NCBI GenBank assembly: GCA_963674745.2
Contig: CAXXDV010000003.1
Location: forward strand, 1,280,001 to 1,344,000
Length of the DNA: 64,000 nucleotides
DNA from: Desulfosudaceae bacterium
Lineage (GTDB): Bacteria > Desulfobacterota > Desulfobacteria > Desulfobacterales > Desulfosudaceae
Reading direction: 5' to 3'
A model generated the notes under the pieces. That model ran no database searches. It worked only from the letters and a program-made list of their open reading frames with translations, and was not told where the DNA came from. The position numbers were made by a program, and so were the translations under genes. This document shows, one piece after another, positions 48,801 to 57,521 of the stretch; the stretch's first letter is position 1; each line of letters starts with the position of its first letter.

Positions 48801-51800
48801 CTCGACAGCCTTTACCGGTTCATCATGACAATTGATGAACGGGATGCCAATATTGAAAAAGTGGCCCGCCAATGGTACTTGACCCGAAAGACCGACCACT
48901 CCAAACAATACGCAGTGTCGATCGTGGCCACAGACGTTGTTGAATTGAACCGGTTTATTGATGAAGCCAGGCAGCGTATTACAAGCGACAAACCGGCCAG
49001 TATCATCGGCAGCCGGGGTATCCGATATACAAACAGCACCACACCGATCGGTGAACGAAAGGGCGATATTGCCTTTGTATTTCCGGGATCCGGAAATCAT
49101 TTTCTGGGCATGGGCAGGGACCTCAGCGCCGAGTTCCCGGAAGTCATGCGGCTGATGGATAAGGAAGCCCGAAAGCTCAAAGACCGGTTTCTCCCGGAAT
49201 GTTATTTTCCGTACAGGGGTTCCTGGGAGTCCGGATGGGAAGACAAAAGCCGGAAAAAAATCACCTCTGATCCTTTAAACATGATTATCGGTCAGGTCTC
49301 TTACGGCGGTCTGACAACCTGCCTGGCGGAACAGTTCGGCCTTATTCCCGATGCCGTTATCGGCTATAGCCTGGGCGAGTCCGCCGGACTTTTCGCCGTC
49401 GGCGCCTGGAACCAACGAAGTGAAATGCTGGATCGCATGCGTGCTTCGGACCTGTTTACCACCCAGCTGGCAGGCCCTTGTAACGCCGCCAGGCAGGTCT
49501 GGAATGTGCCGCCGGAAGAAGCGGTAGACTGGTGCGTAGCGGTCGTGAACCGGGACGCGGCCGGTGTCAAAAAGGTCACCCGGGGATTTCCGGCCGTTCA
49601 TCTGCTGATCGTAAACACGCCGACCGAATGCGTTATCGGTGGACGCAAGGTCCAGGTTGAGGAAGCCATCAAGGCGCTCGGGTGTGAAGCCGTATTTCTG
49701 GAAGGTGTCGTTACCGTTCATTGCGACGCCGCTGTTCCCGTCAAACAGGCATATAAAAATTTGCATGTTTTTCCCGTCTTAAAACCGGAAAATGTCCGTT
49801 TTTACAGCTGTGCCAGGGGCCGTTCTTATGAATTGACGTCAGAGGCTGCCGCGCAGTCTATTCTGGATCAGGCGATTTATGGCTTCGATTTTACCCAGAC
49901 GATCCGCCACGCCCATAAAGACGGTGTCAGAATTTTTCTCGAGATGGGACCGCATAACTCCTGCAGCCGCATGATACAGAATATTCTTCACGATTCAGCC
50001 CATCTGGCCGTGTCCATCTGTCATCGTTCAGAGGGCAGTTATACGGCACTGTTGAAATTCCTCGGCTATCTTGTTTCTGAACGGGTGCCGGTTAAACTTG
50101 ATTTCCTATATGGTCCATCCTCATGCCCGGAAAACCTGATGGTTTCATCTATATCAAAAGGTGTCGATGAAAACCGCCGGGTTCATGTCAAAACCGGTGG
50201 CATACCGGAATTGCCGGAAATTCAAGTGATAAAAGAGGTGAGCTTTCCTCATATTCCTCCTCAACCACGGGAGTTACCGAAAGCAGGGCATACGGCTTCG
50301 AGGGCCACGGTAACAACTGCTGATACGGCCGCGTATGCCGGGATAATGGATGAAATTGTCCGTGAAGCCGACATTACCGCACGTGCCCATCAGTCTTTTC
50401 TGGCATTCTCCGACCAGTTGAATAATATCTACGCGCAGACATTCTCGCTTCAGGCACAGCTTCTTGAAAAAGCGTTGACGGCTGGTGATGCCGGCGCGAT
50501 TGCCGATATTGTCTCCAATGTGCCGGCGCCTGCCGGTCCTGTCCCGGGAAATGTCCCGGCCAGCAAAATATCCCCGGTGCCGGAAACAGTAACGAAATCG
50601 ATCCCGGCGTTTCCACGTGAGATGTGCATGGAGTTCGCCATCGGTTCCATAGAAAAAGTGCTGGGCCCGATGTTCGCAGAAGTGGACACCTATCCGGTCC
50701 GGGTGCGGCTGCCCGATGAGCCCCTGATGCTGGTTGACAGAATTATGTCGGTTGAAGGAGAAAAAGGGTCCTTAAAATCCGGTAAAGTGGTAACCGAGCA
50801 TGATGTGCTGCCGGGTGCCTGGTATCTGGATGGCGGCCGGGCACCGGTCTGTATTTCCATTGAAGCGGGGCAGGCGGATCTGTTTTTATGTTCTTACCTG
50901 GGGATCGACATGGCCGTGAAGGGCGAGCGCAGTTACCGTCTTCTTGATGCCGTGGCGACGTTTCATGAAGGCCTTCCCCGACCCGGTGACATCATCCGTT
51001 ACGAAATAAAGATCAGCCGGTTTGTCCGCCAGGGGAAAACCTATCTGTTTTTCTTTGAATTTGACGGTCTCATCAATGGACGCCATGTGATCACCATGAG
51101 GAACGGCTGCGCCGGTTTTTTTACGCCCGCGGAGGTTAAGGATTCCGGTGGAATCGTTCTGACCGCCGAAGAGAAAAAGCCGGCCCGGGGCGTTATAAAC
51201 GGCTGGCGACAACTGGTCCCCGTTGACCGTGCAACATACGATGATCGGCAGATTGATGCCTTAAGAAAAGGTGATCTTAAGGCTTGTTTCGGCACGCAGT
51301 TTGTCGGTATCAAATTGTCCGACTCATTATGGCTTCCCGGTGGCAGGATGAAGCTGATTCACCGCGTCAAGTCGCTTGATCCCACCGGTGGGCGCTATGG
51401 CCTGGGGCATATCAGCGCCGAAGCAGACATTCATCCGGATGACTGGTTTTTAACCTGCCATTTCGTGGACGATATGGTCATGCCCGGCACCCTCATGTAT
51501 CAGTGCTGCGAACACGCTTTACGGGTACTGCTGCTTCGCATGGGCTGGGTTTCCGGTGGACCTGAGGTGTGCTTTGAGCCTGTTCCGGATGTGGGCGCGG
51601 TCCTTAAGTGCCGGGGACCGGTCACCGCTGAAACACGGCATGTTGTTTACGAAGTCGAATTGAGTGAAATAGGGTATAACCCGGAACCTTACGTGAAAGC
51701 GGATGCCTTTATCTTCGCTGACGGTGAGCGTATCGTTTCTTTTCGGAACATGTCTCTGAAACTGACCGGCGCGACACAACAGGACCTCGAAGAAACCTGG

Positions 51801-53000
51801 GCCAGGGTAGGGAAACCGGAAAAGCGGCCCGTCCTGTCGAAACAGACACTATATGATCGGGATAAACTGCTGGCTTATGCCATTGGCAGCCCCTCGGAAG
51901 CGTTTGGTGAGCCTTATCGAATTTTCGACAAAGGCCGGGTTATCGCGCGTCTTCCCGGTCCTCCTTATTTTTTCATGGACCGGGTAACCGCTGTTGAGCC
52001 GCCACCCTGGATTGTAAAAGCGGACGGCTGGATTGAAGCTGAATTTACAATAAAACCGGATGACTGGTATTTTTCAGCCAACCGTCAACCGTCCATGCCG
52101 TTTTGCATTCTTCTCGAAATAGCGTTGCAACCTTGCGGCTGGTTGGCGGCTTATGCCGGTTCGGCCTTGAAAAGTGAAACCGATCTCAAGTTCCGGAACC
52201 TCGGCGGTACGGCCATACAGTACATGGATCTGAATCCGGAAAAGAAAATCCTGACCATGCGTTGCCGCATGACCAAGGTCTCGGAATCCGGCGGCATGAT
52301 CATCGAACATTTTGATATTGAAGTTCTGTCAGATGATGACCGGCAGATGGTATATAAAGGAACAACCTATTTCGGGTTCTTTTCTCAACAGGCCCTGTCC
52401 CGGCAGAAAGGCATTCCGGGCGCTGCGGATCGGGCATATGAGCCTTCTTGGGAAGATTGTCAGGGGAAGGTCGGCATTGTACTGAAAAAAGAAGCACCGT
52501 TGACGCCCGAAGATACCACTGTTGACGAGGCGCCTGCTCTGGCCATGCCTTCCCGGGCGCTGCTGATGGTTGACGGCATTGACGTTTTTCTTCCTCGAGG
52601 CGGCTCTGCCGGCCTGGGTTTTATAAGGGGGAACAAAAAAGTGGACCCTGATGAATGGTTTTTTAAAGCCCATTTTTACCAGGATCCGGTCTGCCCGGGT
52701 TCCCTGGGACTGGAATCATTTATTCAGTTGCTCAAGCATGTCTGCCTTGATCGCTGGCCGCATCTGCATGAAACACATCGCTTTGAATTCGTCCTTGACA
52801 ATGAACACGAGTGGATTTACCGGGGGCAGGTCGTACCACAAAACAAACAGGTTGTGGTCGATGCCGATATTATTGCTGTCGAAGAGACGCCTTTTCCCGC
52901 TGTTTACGCCAACGGGTTTCTGAAGGTGGACGGGCTGTTTATTTATGAGATGAAAAACTTCGGGTTGAGACTCGTTCCGTTAAAAAACGGCCGGGCATGA
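45858..53000 (+). CDS. PUFA-synthase-like iterative type I synthase, PfaBC-type (KS-CLF-AT-FabA-like DH/pseudo-DH pairs)
   Basis: KS triad DAACSTS / CHGTGT / GHLLTAAG; second KS lacks the triad (SCESASG, ETNGSG) and so is a CLF; AT FVFPGSG and GYSLG; DH motifs PLMLVDR, WFLTCHF..D.VMPG, PYFFMDR, WFFKAHFYQDPVCPGSLG. Confidence 0.9.
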   Translation: MPKLEPIAIVGMGGVFPGALSTDALWQNIVNRIDAITDIPDHRWVVSPAEVYSREFAIDKTYSRRAGVVDLDFDGNGFEIDASLLERLDPLYHYTLTAAREAFSGCRLSSIIRNRTGVVLAAIALPTEGSSAFANRIIGRQLSRKMFGEKALNDTGRLSQTDLISARVTSQPASLLAKAFRLGGGSYTLDAACSTSLYAVKLACDELAAGRADAMIAGGVSRPEILYTQVGFTQLRALSQSGCCRPFDAQADGLVVGEGSGIFVLKRLSDALRDKEHIFGLIRGIGLSNDIGGNLLSPETEGQLRAMRTAYKHAGWSPRDVDFIECHGTGTPVGDAVELASMRSLWGESGWTAGQCPIGSVKSMVGHLLTAAGAASMVKTLLGFKHRTIPPSANFSAPGKNSPLTDGPFRVQTRAEEWKPEKPGDPLRAAVSSFGFGGINAHILLEEWIEREDKDYTAIEISDVQIVNGDAPETPPDIAVVGMEAIFGQLDNLRRFQEAVLRGDSLFTKRPRERWRGCEETAKQFIDTDINRGVFVDEVSVLIGEYHIPPNEIDHILCQHLLALKACRQALIDAGLPLREERPAMGVVIGMDFDAQANDYHFRWNLSNEFDKWRQRYDLTPSPEQYREWIESVKDAWSPPLIASRVIGALGGIMASRIAKQFQLGGPGFVVSCESASGLRALEIGSRSLQLFETDTFLVGAVDLPADVRRVIMDDASRPYSRAGKVRPFDAQADGTLPGEGATALVLKRLDDALSDGNRIYAVIKGFGSANSRDVLEDQSDAYASALAKAYRVSLDRAFSDAGVEAADISFFETNGSGNPQEDDIEATVLGDYFAGAESGQKKQCALGSVKSIIGHTGAAAGLAAFVRTSLCLYQQMIPPMTNFISPSQAWLENTFFHVPHFPYYWLRNRIDGLRKACTGVITRDGVCMHVISEEYDHSGNTSTRVHEQIDIERRKPLGFRPGAPGLFIVEGNNNHELIQRLDSLYRFIMTIDERDANIEKVARQWYLTRKTDHSKQYAVSIVATDVVELNRFIDEARQRITSDKPASIIGSRGIRYTNSTTPIGERKGDIAFVFPGSGNHFLGMGRDLSAEFPEVMRLMDKEARKLKDRFLPECYFPYRGSWESGWEDKSRKKITSDPLNMIIGQVSYGGLTTCLAEQFGLIPDAVIGYSLGESAGLFAVGAWNQRSEMLDRMRASDLFTTQLAGPCNAARQVWNVPPEEAVDWCVAVVNRDAAGVKKVTRGFPAVHLLIVNTPTECVIGGRKVQVEEAIKALGCEAVFLEGVVTVHCDAAVPVKQAYKNLHVFPVLKPENVRFYSCARGRSYELTSEAAAQSILDQAIYGFDFTQTIRHAHKDGVRIFLEMGPHNSCSRMIQNILHDSAHLAVSICHRSEGSYTALLKFLGYLVSERVPVKLDFLYGPSSCPENLMVSSISKGVDENRRVHVKTGGIPELPEIQVIKEVSFPHIPPQPRELPKAGHTASRATVTTADTAAYAGIMDEIVREADITARAHQSFLAFSDQLNNIYAQTFSLQAQLLEKALTAGDAGAIADIVSNVPAPAGPVPGNVPASKISPVPETVTKSIPAFPREMCMEFAIGSIEKVLGPMFAEVDTYPVRVRLPDEPLMLVDRIMSVEGEKGSLKSGKVVTEHDVLPGAWYLDGGRAPVCISIEAGQADLFLCSYLGIDMAVKGERSYRLLDAVATFHEGLPRPGDIIRYEIKISRFVRQGKTYLFFFEFDGLINGRHVITMRNGCAGFFTPAEVKDSGGIVLTAEEKKPARGVINGWRQLVPVDRATYDDRQIDALRKGDLKACFGTQFVGIKLSDSLWLPGGRMKLIHRVKSLDPTGGRYGLGHISAEADIHPDDWFLTCHFVDDMVMPGTLMYQCCEHALRVLLLRMGWVSGGPEVCFEPVPDVGAVLKCRGPVTAETRHVVYEVELSEIGYNPEPYVKADAFIFADGERIVSFRNMSLKLTGATQQDLEETWARVGKPEKRPVLSKQTLYDRDKLLAYAIGSPSEAFGEPYRIFDKGRVIARLPGPPYFFMDRVTAVEPPPWIVKADGWIEAEFTIKPDDWYFSANRQPSMPFCILLEIALQPCGWLAAYAGSALKSETDLKFRNLGGTAIQYMDLNPEKKILTMRCRMTKVSESGGMIIEHFDIEVLSDDDRQMVYKGTTYFGFFSQQALSRQKGIPGAADRAYEPSWEDCQGKVGIVLKKEAPLTPEDTTVDEAPALAMPSRALLMVDGIDVFLPRGGSAGLGFIRGNKKVDPDEWFFKAHFYQDPVCPGSLGLESFIQLLKHVCLDRWPHLHETHRFEFVLDNEHEWIYRGQVVPQNKQVVVDADIIAVEETPFPAVYANGFLKVDGLFIYEMKNFGLRLVPLKNGRA

Positions 53001-53014
53001 TTGATCAATCGGGT

Positions 53015-54883
53015 TTACTGGAGATTTAATTCCCCATGGAATTTATTCATGTTACCTTCAAGTATTTCCTTGAATCGCCATTCCATCTCCAGAAAGACGT
53101 CGGTAATATCCGGATCAAATTGAAAGCCTTTTTCTTTGGCAATAATGCCCATGGCATCTTCATGGGAAATGGCCTTTTTATATACTCTGTCTGATGTCAA
53201 TGCGTCATAAACATCCGCCACAGCCACTATCCGGGCTGCCAGTGGAATCTCCTCGCGGGTTAACCCGACCGGATATCCTTTTCCATCCCAGCGCTCATGG
53301 TGAAAATAACAGATCTGCTTGCCGATGGTTAAAAAGGATTTGCCTTTTACTTGAAGCTCCACGGCACGCAGGGCATCGCCGCCCAGCCTGGAATGTTCTT
53401 TTACGATTTCATATTCTTCGCTGGTCAACGGCCCCGGCTTTAAAAGAATTTCATCGGGTATGCCGACTTTTCCGATATCGTGCAGCATGGACGAGATATA
53501 AATGTCTTCAATATATTCATCCGTAATATAATCATCGTACCGCTCGTTCTTGCGAAGTGCTTCGGTCAACACCCGGGTGTATTCCATTATGCGTTCCAGG
53601 TGCTCGCCGGTATCCTGATCCCGGTATTCAGCCAGCTTGGCCAGGCCGAGAATGGTCATGGTCTGGGTCTGTTTAATGTTTTCATATGAATCGAGCAGCT
53701 TCTGTTCCATCATCTTGCGGGAGGTGATATCACGGATAATCCCCCGAAAACCAACGGGTGAGCCTGTTGAATTGTCAATGCGGGTGGCTGATACTTCAAG
53801 ATAACTGATCGATCCGTCGGCCCTGATGATTTCCCAACTCATGGCGTGTGCGGGAAATTTCGTCTGATATACTTCATTTAACGTCCAGAGGGCTTCCTCG
53901 GCTTTTTCTCCGGTCGTGAAAAAGTCCCGGAAGTTTTTTCCCAGAAGTTCATCTTCGGAATTATAGTTATAAATTTGCAGGGTAGAGGCATTGGCAAAAG
54001 TAAAATTTCCGGCAACGTCAATTTCGTAAAAGCCCTCTTCGATATTATCAATGATGGTCCGGTATTTTTCTTCACTTTTTTTCAGATTTTCCTGAGACCG
54101 CTTATGTTCGGAAATGGTCAGGTTCAAATCTTCGTTAATTTTGATCAGCTGTTTTGTTCTTTCCTGAACTTTTCTTTCAAGCTCCCTGTTGGCGGCGCTT
54201 ACTTTTTCCTGCTCCGATTCGATCATTTTGATATAGAAAAAGTTCTTGCGAGAAGACAGCTCAAACTCATAACAGGCAAGCATGCCGCTGATATTGGCGG
54301 TAATAAAGAAAAAATTGTTGACCAGGAGAATGTCGAACGGTGTGTCGATGGCGATAGCAACAATTTCATAGATGATAACCAGTGTCCAGCAGGATATCGT
54401 CGCCCACATGAAGCGGAATCTCAAAAGCGTGTAGGCAAAAAGAAAAACAATAATCAGGCCGGCATAATAGGTGTGTTTCAGCGGCGTTGATACGACCGGG
54501 ATCATCGCGATCACGGCACAGCCGACAGATAAGATCGTAATAGCGATCAGGGGCTGCATCATTCTGTTGAAGGTTTTTAAGTAAGAAAAGACCAGGCCGG
54601 CGATCATTATGGGCGCGACGATGCCGAAACGAATGGCCCATAACGACCATATGTTTTGAGGGTCAAGATAGAAATCCAGAAAGGCGAACAGGCTCCAGCA
54701 GACAACTCCCAGAATGATGGCATAGCGGAGCTGAGTCAAGGAATTGATTAAATAAAAATTATAAAAGGACTCTTCATAGTCAGCGCAATCGCCGGTGAAC
54801 TTCAGGGTAAAGGGATTGATTGTCAAATTCCCATTGGACCTGACACCGGTTCTTATGCTGGTCTGAGAGTGTAAACTTTTCAT
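53015..54883 (-). CDS. Membrane PAS/HD-GYP c-di-GMP phosphodiesterase
   Basis: About 6 TM helices, PAS (SEEKYRTII...GIIRDITSRK), HDIGKVGIPD, HHERWDGKGYP, VADVYDAL. Confidence 0.92.
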   Translation of the reverse strand: MKSLHSQTSIRTGVRSNGNLTINPFTLKFTGDCADYEESFYNFYLINSLTQLRYAIILGVVCWSLFAFLDFYLDPQNIWSLWAIRFGIVAPIMIAGLVFSYLKTFNRMMQPLIAITILSVGCAVIAMIPVVSTPLKHTYYAGLIIVFLFAYTLLRFRFMWATISCWTLVIIYEIVAIAIDTPFDILLVNNFFFITANISGMLACYEFELSSRKNFFYIKMIESEQEKVSAANRELERKVQERTKQLIKINEDLNLTISEHKRSQENLKKSEEKYRTIIDNIEEGFYEIDVAGNFTFANASTLQIYNYNSEDELLGKNFRDFFTTGEKAEEALWTLNEVYQTKFPAHAMSWEIIRADGSISYLEVSATRIDNSTGSPVGFRGIIRDITSRKMMEQKLLDSYENIKQTQTMTILGLAKLAEYRDQDTGEHLERIMEYTRVLTEALRKNERYDDYITDEYIEDIYISSMLHDIGKVGIPDEILLKPGPLTSEEYEIVKEHSRLGGDALRAVELQVKGKSFLTIGKQICYFHHERWDGKGYPVGLTREEIPLAARIVAVADVYDALTSDRVYKKAISHEDAMGIIAKEKGFQFDPDITDVFLEMEWRFKEILEGNMNKFHGELNLQ

Positions 54884-55042
54884 ATTTTATGGTTTATTTA
54901 TCTTTATAAAAATATCTTATTTTTTGTTTATTGACAAGTATTTTTCATCTGCTTGTTCTATCCGGCGGCTACCGGATGTATCGGTTTTCATTTAAACGTT
55001 ATCGCTTTTTATGTTGACCAAATTGTTGGCAAATTATAAATA

Positions 55043-55056
55043 TGAGAATATGCTCA
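55043..55056. promoter_or_regulatory. Near-palindromic candidate operator upstream of the NifX-family gene
   Basis: TGAGAATATGCTCA, one mismatch from TGAGCATATGCTCA. Confidence 0.4.
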
Positions 55057-55142
55057 AAACATCGACAGGTAAAATTGAATAGAATTCAAACCCCGGTTAA
55101 CGGGTTAATTTATCATTATTAACGTTTAATAAGGAGCCTTCA

Positions 55143-55505
55143 ATGAAAGTCGCAGTTAGTGCTACAGGTGCTGATCTAAAAGCTGATGTTGATCCACGGT
55201 TCGGTAGAGCCGCTTATTTTATTGTGGTTGATTCAGAAACAATGGCTTATGAAGCCATTGAGAATATTCAAAACCTGGATCTGCCCCAGGGCGCCGGGAT
55301 TCAAGCGGGAAAAACAGTCGTCAACTCGGGAGCGACAGTGCTTTTAACCGGCAATTGCGGTCCGAAAGCTTTTTCCGTATTAAACCAGGCAAAGATCGGG
55401 GTGGTTATTAATGCCAAAGGTACTGTTGAAGAAGCCGTCCTGGCTTATAAACGGGGCGAATTGAAACCCGTTGATGAGGCCAATGTCGAAGGCCACTGGG
55501 TTTAA
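55143..55505 (+). CDS. NifB/NifX-family metal-cluster-binding protein (orange-protein-like)
   Basis: VDPRFGRAAYF, GAGIQA, TGNCGPKAF, ANVEGHW; AAGGAG RBS. Confidence 0.88.
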   Translation: MKVAVSATGADLKADVDPRFGRAAYFIVVDSETMAYEAIENIQNLDLPQGAGIQAGKTVVNSGATVLLTGNCGPKAFSVLNQAKIGVVINAKGTVEEAVLAYKRGELKPVDEANVEGHWV

Positions 55506-55526
55506 ATTTACTAAGGAGCTCACAAA

Positions 55527-55781
55527 ATGCCGTTATATGAATATCAATGCCGGGATTGTGATAAAACGATGGAGATTCTTTTATCCCCCGGTGATGGGGC
55601 CAAACCGGAATGTCGTTATTGCGGCAGTAAAAATTTGACCAAGCTTTTGTCCGCGCCTTCTTCCATGTCGGGTGTGGCTAAAAACAGACTTCCAGGTGCC
55701 GGCGATACCGGATGCTGTGGAATGTCACCCGACCAGGCAACATGTGCCGGTCCCGGCAGCTGCTGCGGCAGGGCAAAATAG
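55527..55781 (+). CDS. FmdB-family zinc-ribbon protein with a Cys-rich tail
   Basis: MPLYEYQCRDC...CRYCGS; tail GCCG...CAGPGSCCG. Confidence 0.85.
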   Translation: MPLYEYQCRDCDKTMEILLSPGDGAKPECRYCGSKNLTKLLSAPSSMSGVAKNRLPGAGDTGCCGMSPDQATCAGPGSCCGRAK

Positions 55782-55790
55782 GAGGAGAAG

Positions 55791-56015
55791 ATGGCGGACT
55801 TGGAAGACAAGCTGGATGTTCATGTCAATGTGACCGTTAACGGCGGGGTCCTGACGTCTATTGTAGAAAACGCCAAACGGATTGCGGGCAGGGATGAAAA
55901 AGGCGGATACCGGGTGGATACAGCGGATCTGGTAGGAAAGATGATCTCCCGGTTTCTGGATAAATACGACTTTGAACGTTTTGTTCAGGACGAAAACAAT
56001 TACCCGTCTTTGTAA
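55791..56015 (+). CDS. Small hypothetical protein
   Basis: 74 aa, AGGAG RBS, operonic spacing. Confidence 0.65.
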   Translation: MADLEDKLDVHVNVTVNGGVLTSIVENAKRIAGRDEKGGYRVDTADLVGKMISRFLDKYDFERFVQDENNYPSL

Positions 56016-56025
56016 AAAATCCGGG

Positions 56026-56460
56026 TTAAAAAGCACCCAGCTGACAGGGGGTGATTTTTATCCCCAGGGCTTCACATGCGGATGATACAGCCATTTTCTT
56101 GATACCGAGTTCGCCCGCGACTTTCCAGCATTCGGCACAACTGATTTTTTCGTCGTTCGCAGCGTTTTCAATACGGTTGCGCAACTCATCCGATATCTCT
56201 TCGGCCGGACCGACAATTTTCTTTTCCGGTGAATAACCGAACAGCCCCATTTGACATTTTGTAATACGGTATTCGAGCAGATCTATTGTTTTACCGACTT
56301 CAGCAGGTACCACGTTAAAACGTTCGGCTATTTCATGGGCGGCTGAACAGGTTAAACGCTCGTTCTGCGCTTTTTGCCTGACCTCTTCAGCCAGGACAGG
56401 GTCACAAGTCGTTCCGGCAGGGTGTTTGGCGCTGTATTTTCCGGCATCTTCATGTGTCAT
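56026..56460 (-). CDS. Hypothetical Cys-containing protein with two internal repeats
   Basis: LTCSAAH...CQMGLF and ISCAECW...CQLGAF; GGAGG RBS. Confidence 0.75.
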   Translation of the reverse strand: MTHEDAGKYSAKHPAGTTCDPVLAEEVRQKAQNERLTCSAAHEIAERFNVVPAEVGKTIDLLEYRITKCQMGLFGYSPEKKIVGPAEEISDELRNRIENAANDEKISCAECWKVAGELGIKKMAVSSACEALGIKITPCQLGAF

Positions 56461-56613
56461 CAGTTACCCTCCACATCAACGTTAAGGCGCTTGTTAAATT
56501 CAAACCGCTGTGATAATAATTATCATATACATGTCCTGCATATTCTTCAAGCGGTTGTCGTTAAAACTGAAAAATTGATCCTGTTCCATTAATTTTACCG
56601 ACAGGAGGCGCCC

Positions 56614-57492
56614 ATGCATCATGATTCAAAAACCATTGTAACCTGTGCCGTAACCGGTGTTTTAACCAGTCCTGAAAAATTCAACGTACCGGTCACACCG
56701 GAACAGATGGCCGATGCCACCGAGCAGGCCTATAATCAGGGAGCCAGTATTGTTCACACTCATTTCCGGTCTCAACAACCGGGAATGGGGGCCTTCCCCA
56801 CCTGGGACCTGAAAGAGGTCGGTGACATTGTTGCCGCCATCAAAAAACGTGTGCCCGACATTATCATCTGCATGAGCACAGGTGTCATGGGAAATGATAT
56901 TTCCGGGCCCCTGGGTTGTCTTGAAGCCTTTGAGCCGGAAATGGCCGCCTGCAACGCGGGTTCTTTAAATTATCTCAAAACAAAAAAAGGGGGGCAGTGG
57001 GCCTGGCCCCCCATTATGTTTGATAATCCGGTGGAAAAAGTGACCGCATTCCTCGACGTTATGAACGCTCATGGGATTGTGCCGGAATTTGAATGCTTTG
57101 ATACCGGGATTGTCCGCAGCGTCGGTATGTTCAAGGACGTCGGCATGTTTCAGGGAGACACTCATGTTTCATTCGTCATGGGCGTCAGTTCGGGAATGCC
57201 GGCCAGGCCGGACCTGCTGCCCATACTGGTCGACGAACTGCCTCAGAGCGCTCACTGGCAGGTTATCGCCACCGGTATCAGGCGCGAAGCGATCTGGAAA
57301 GTTCTGCGCGAAGCAGTAGAAATGGGTGGAAACGTCCGTACCGGACTGGAAGATACGTTTTATCTGCCCGGCGGTGAGCAAGCCGACAACAATGGACAAC
57401 TCGTTGAAGCCCTGGTTAAGATTGTCCGTGAAGCAGGCAAAGAGCCGGCAACCCCGAAAGAGACGAGGCAGATAATCGGGATTGATCGATAA
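56614..57492 (+). CDS. Beta-keto acid cleavage enzyme (BKACE/DUF849, Kce-like)
   Basis: IVTCAVTG, GASIVHTH, NAGSLN, PEFECFD, VRTGLED. Confidence 0.9.
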   Translation: MHHDSKTIVTCAVTGVLTSPEKFNVPVTPEQMADATEQAYNQGASIVHTHFRSQQPGMGAFPTWDLKEVGDIVAAIKKRVPDIIICMSTGVMGNDISGPLGCLEAFEPEMAACNAGSLNYLKTKKGGQWAWPPIMFDNPVEKVTAFLDVMNAHGIVPEFECFDTGIVRSVGMFKDVGMFQGDTHVSFVMGVSSGMPARPDLLPILVDELPQSAHWQVIATGIRREAIWKVLREAVEMGGNVRTGLEDTFYLPGGEQADNNGQLVEALVKIVREAGKEPATPKETRQIIGIDR

Positions 57493-57521
57493 CGGCCCGG
57501 AAACCGTTTTTGTAACGATCT

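Noticed and set aside
55143..55505. Nitrogen fixation gene
   Set aside because: The NifX-like fold is widespread outside nif clusters and no nifHDK is present.
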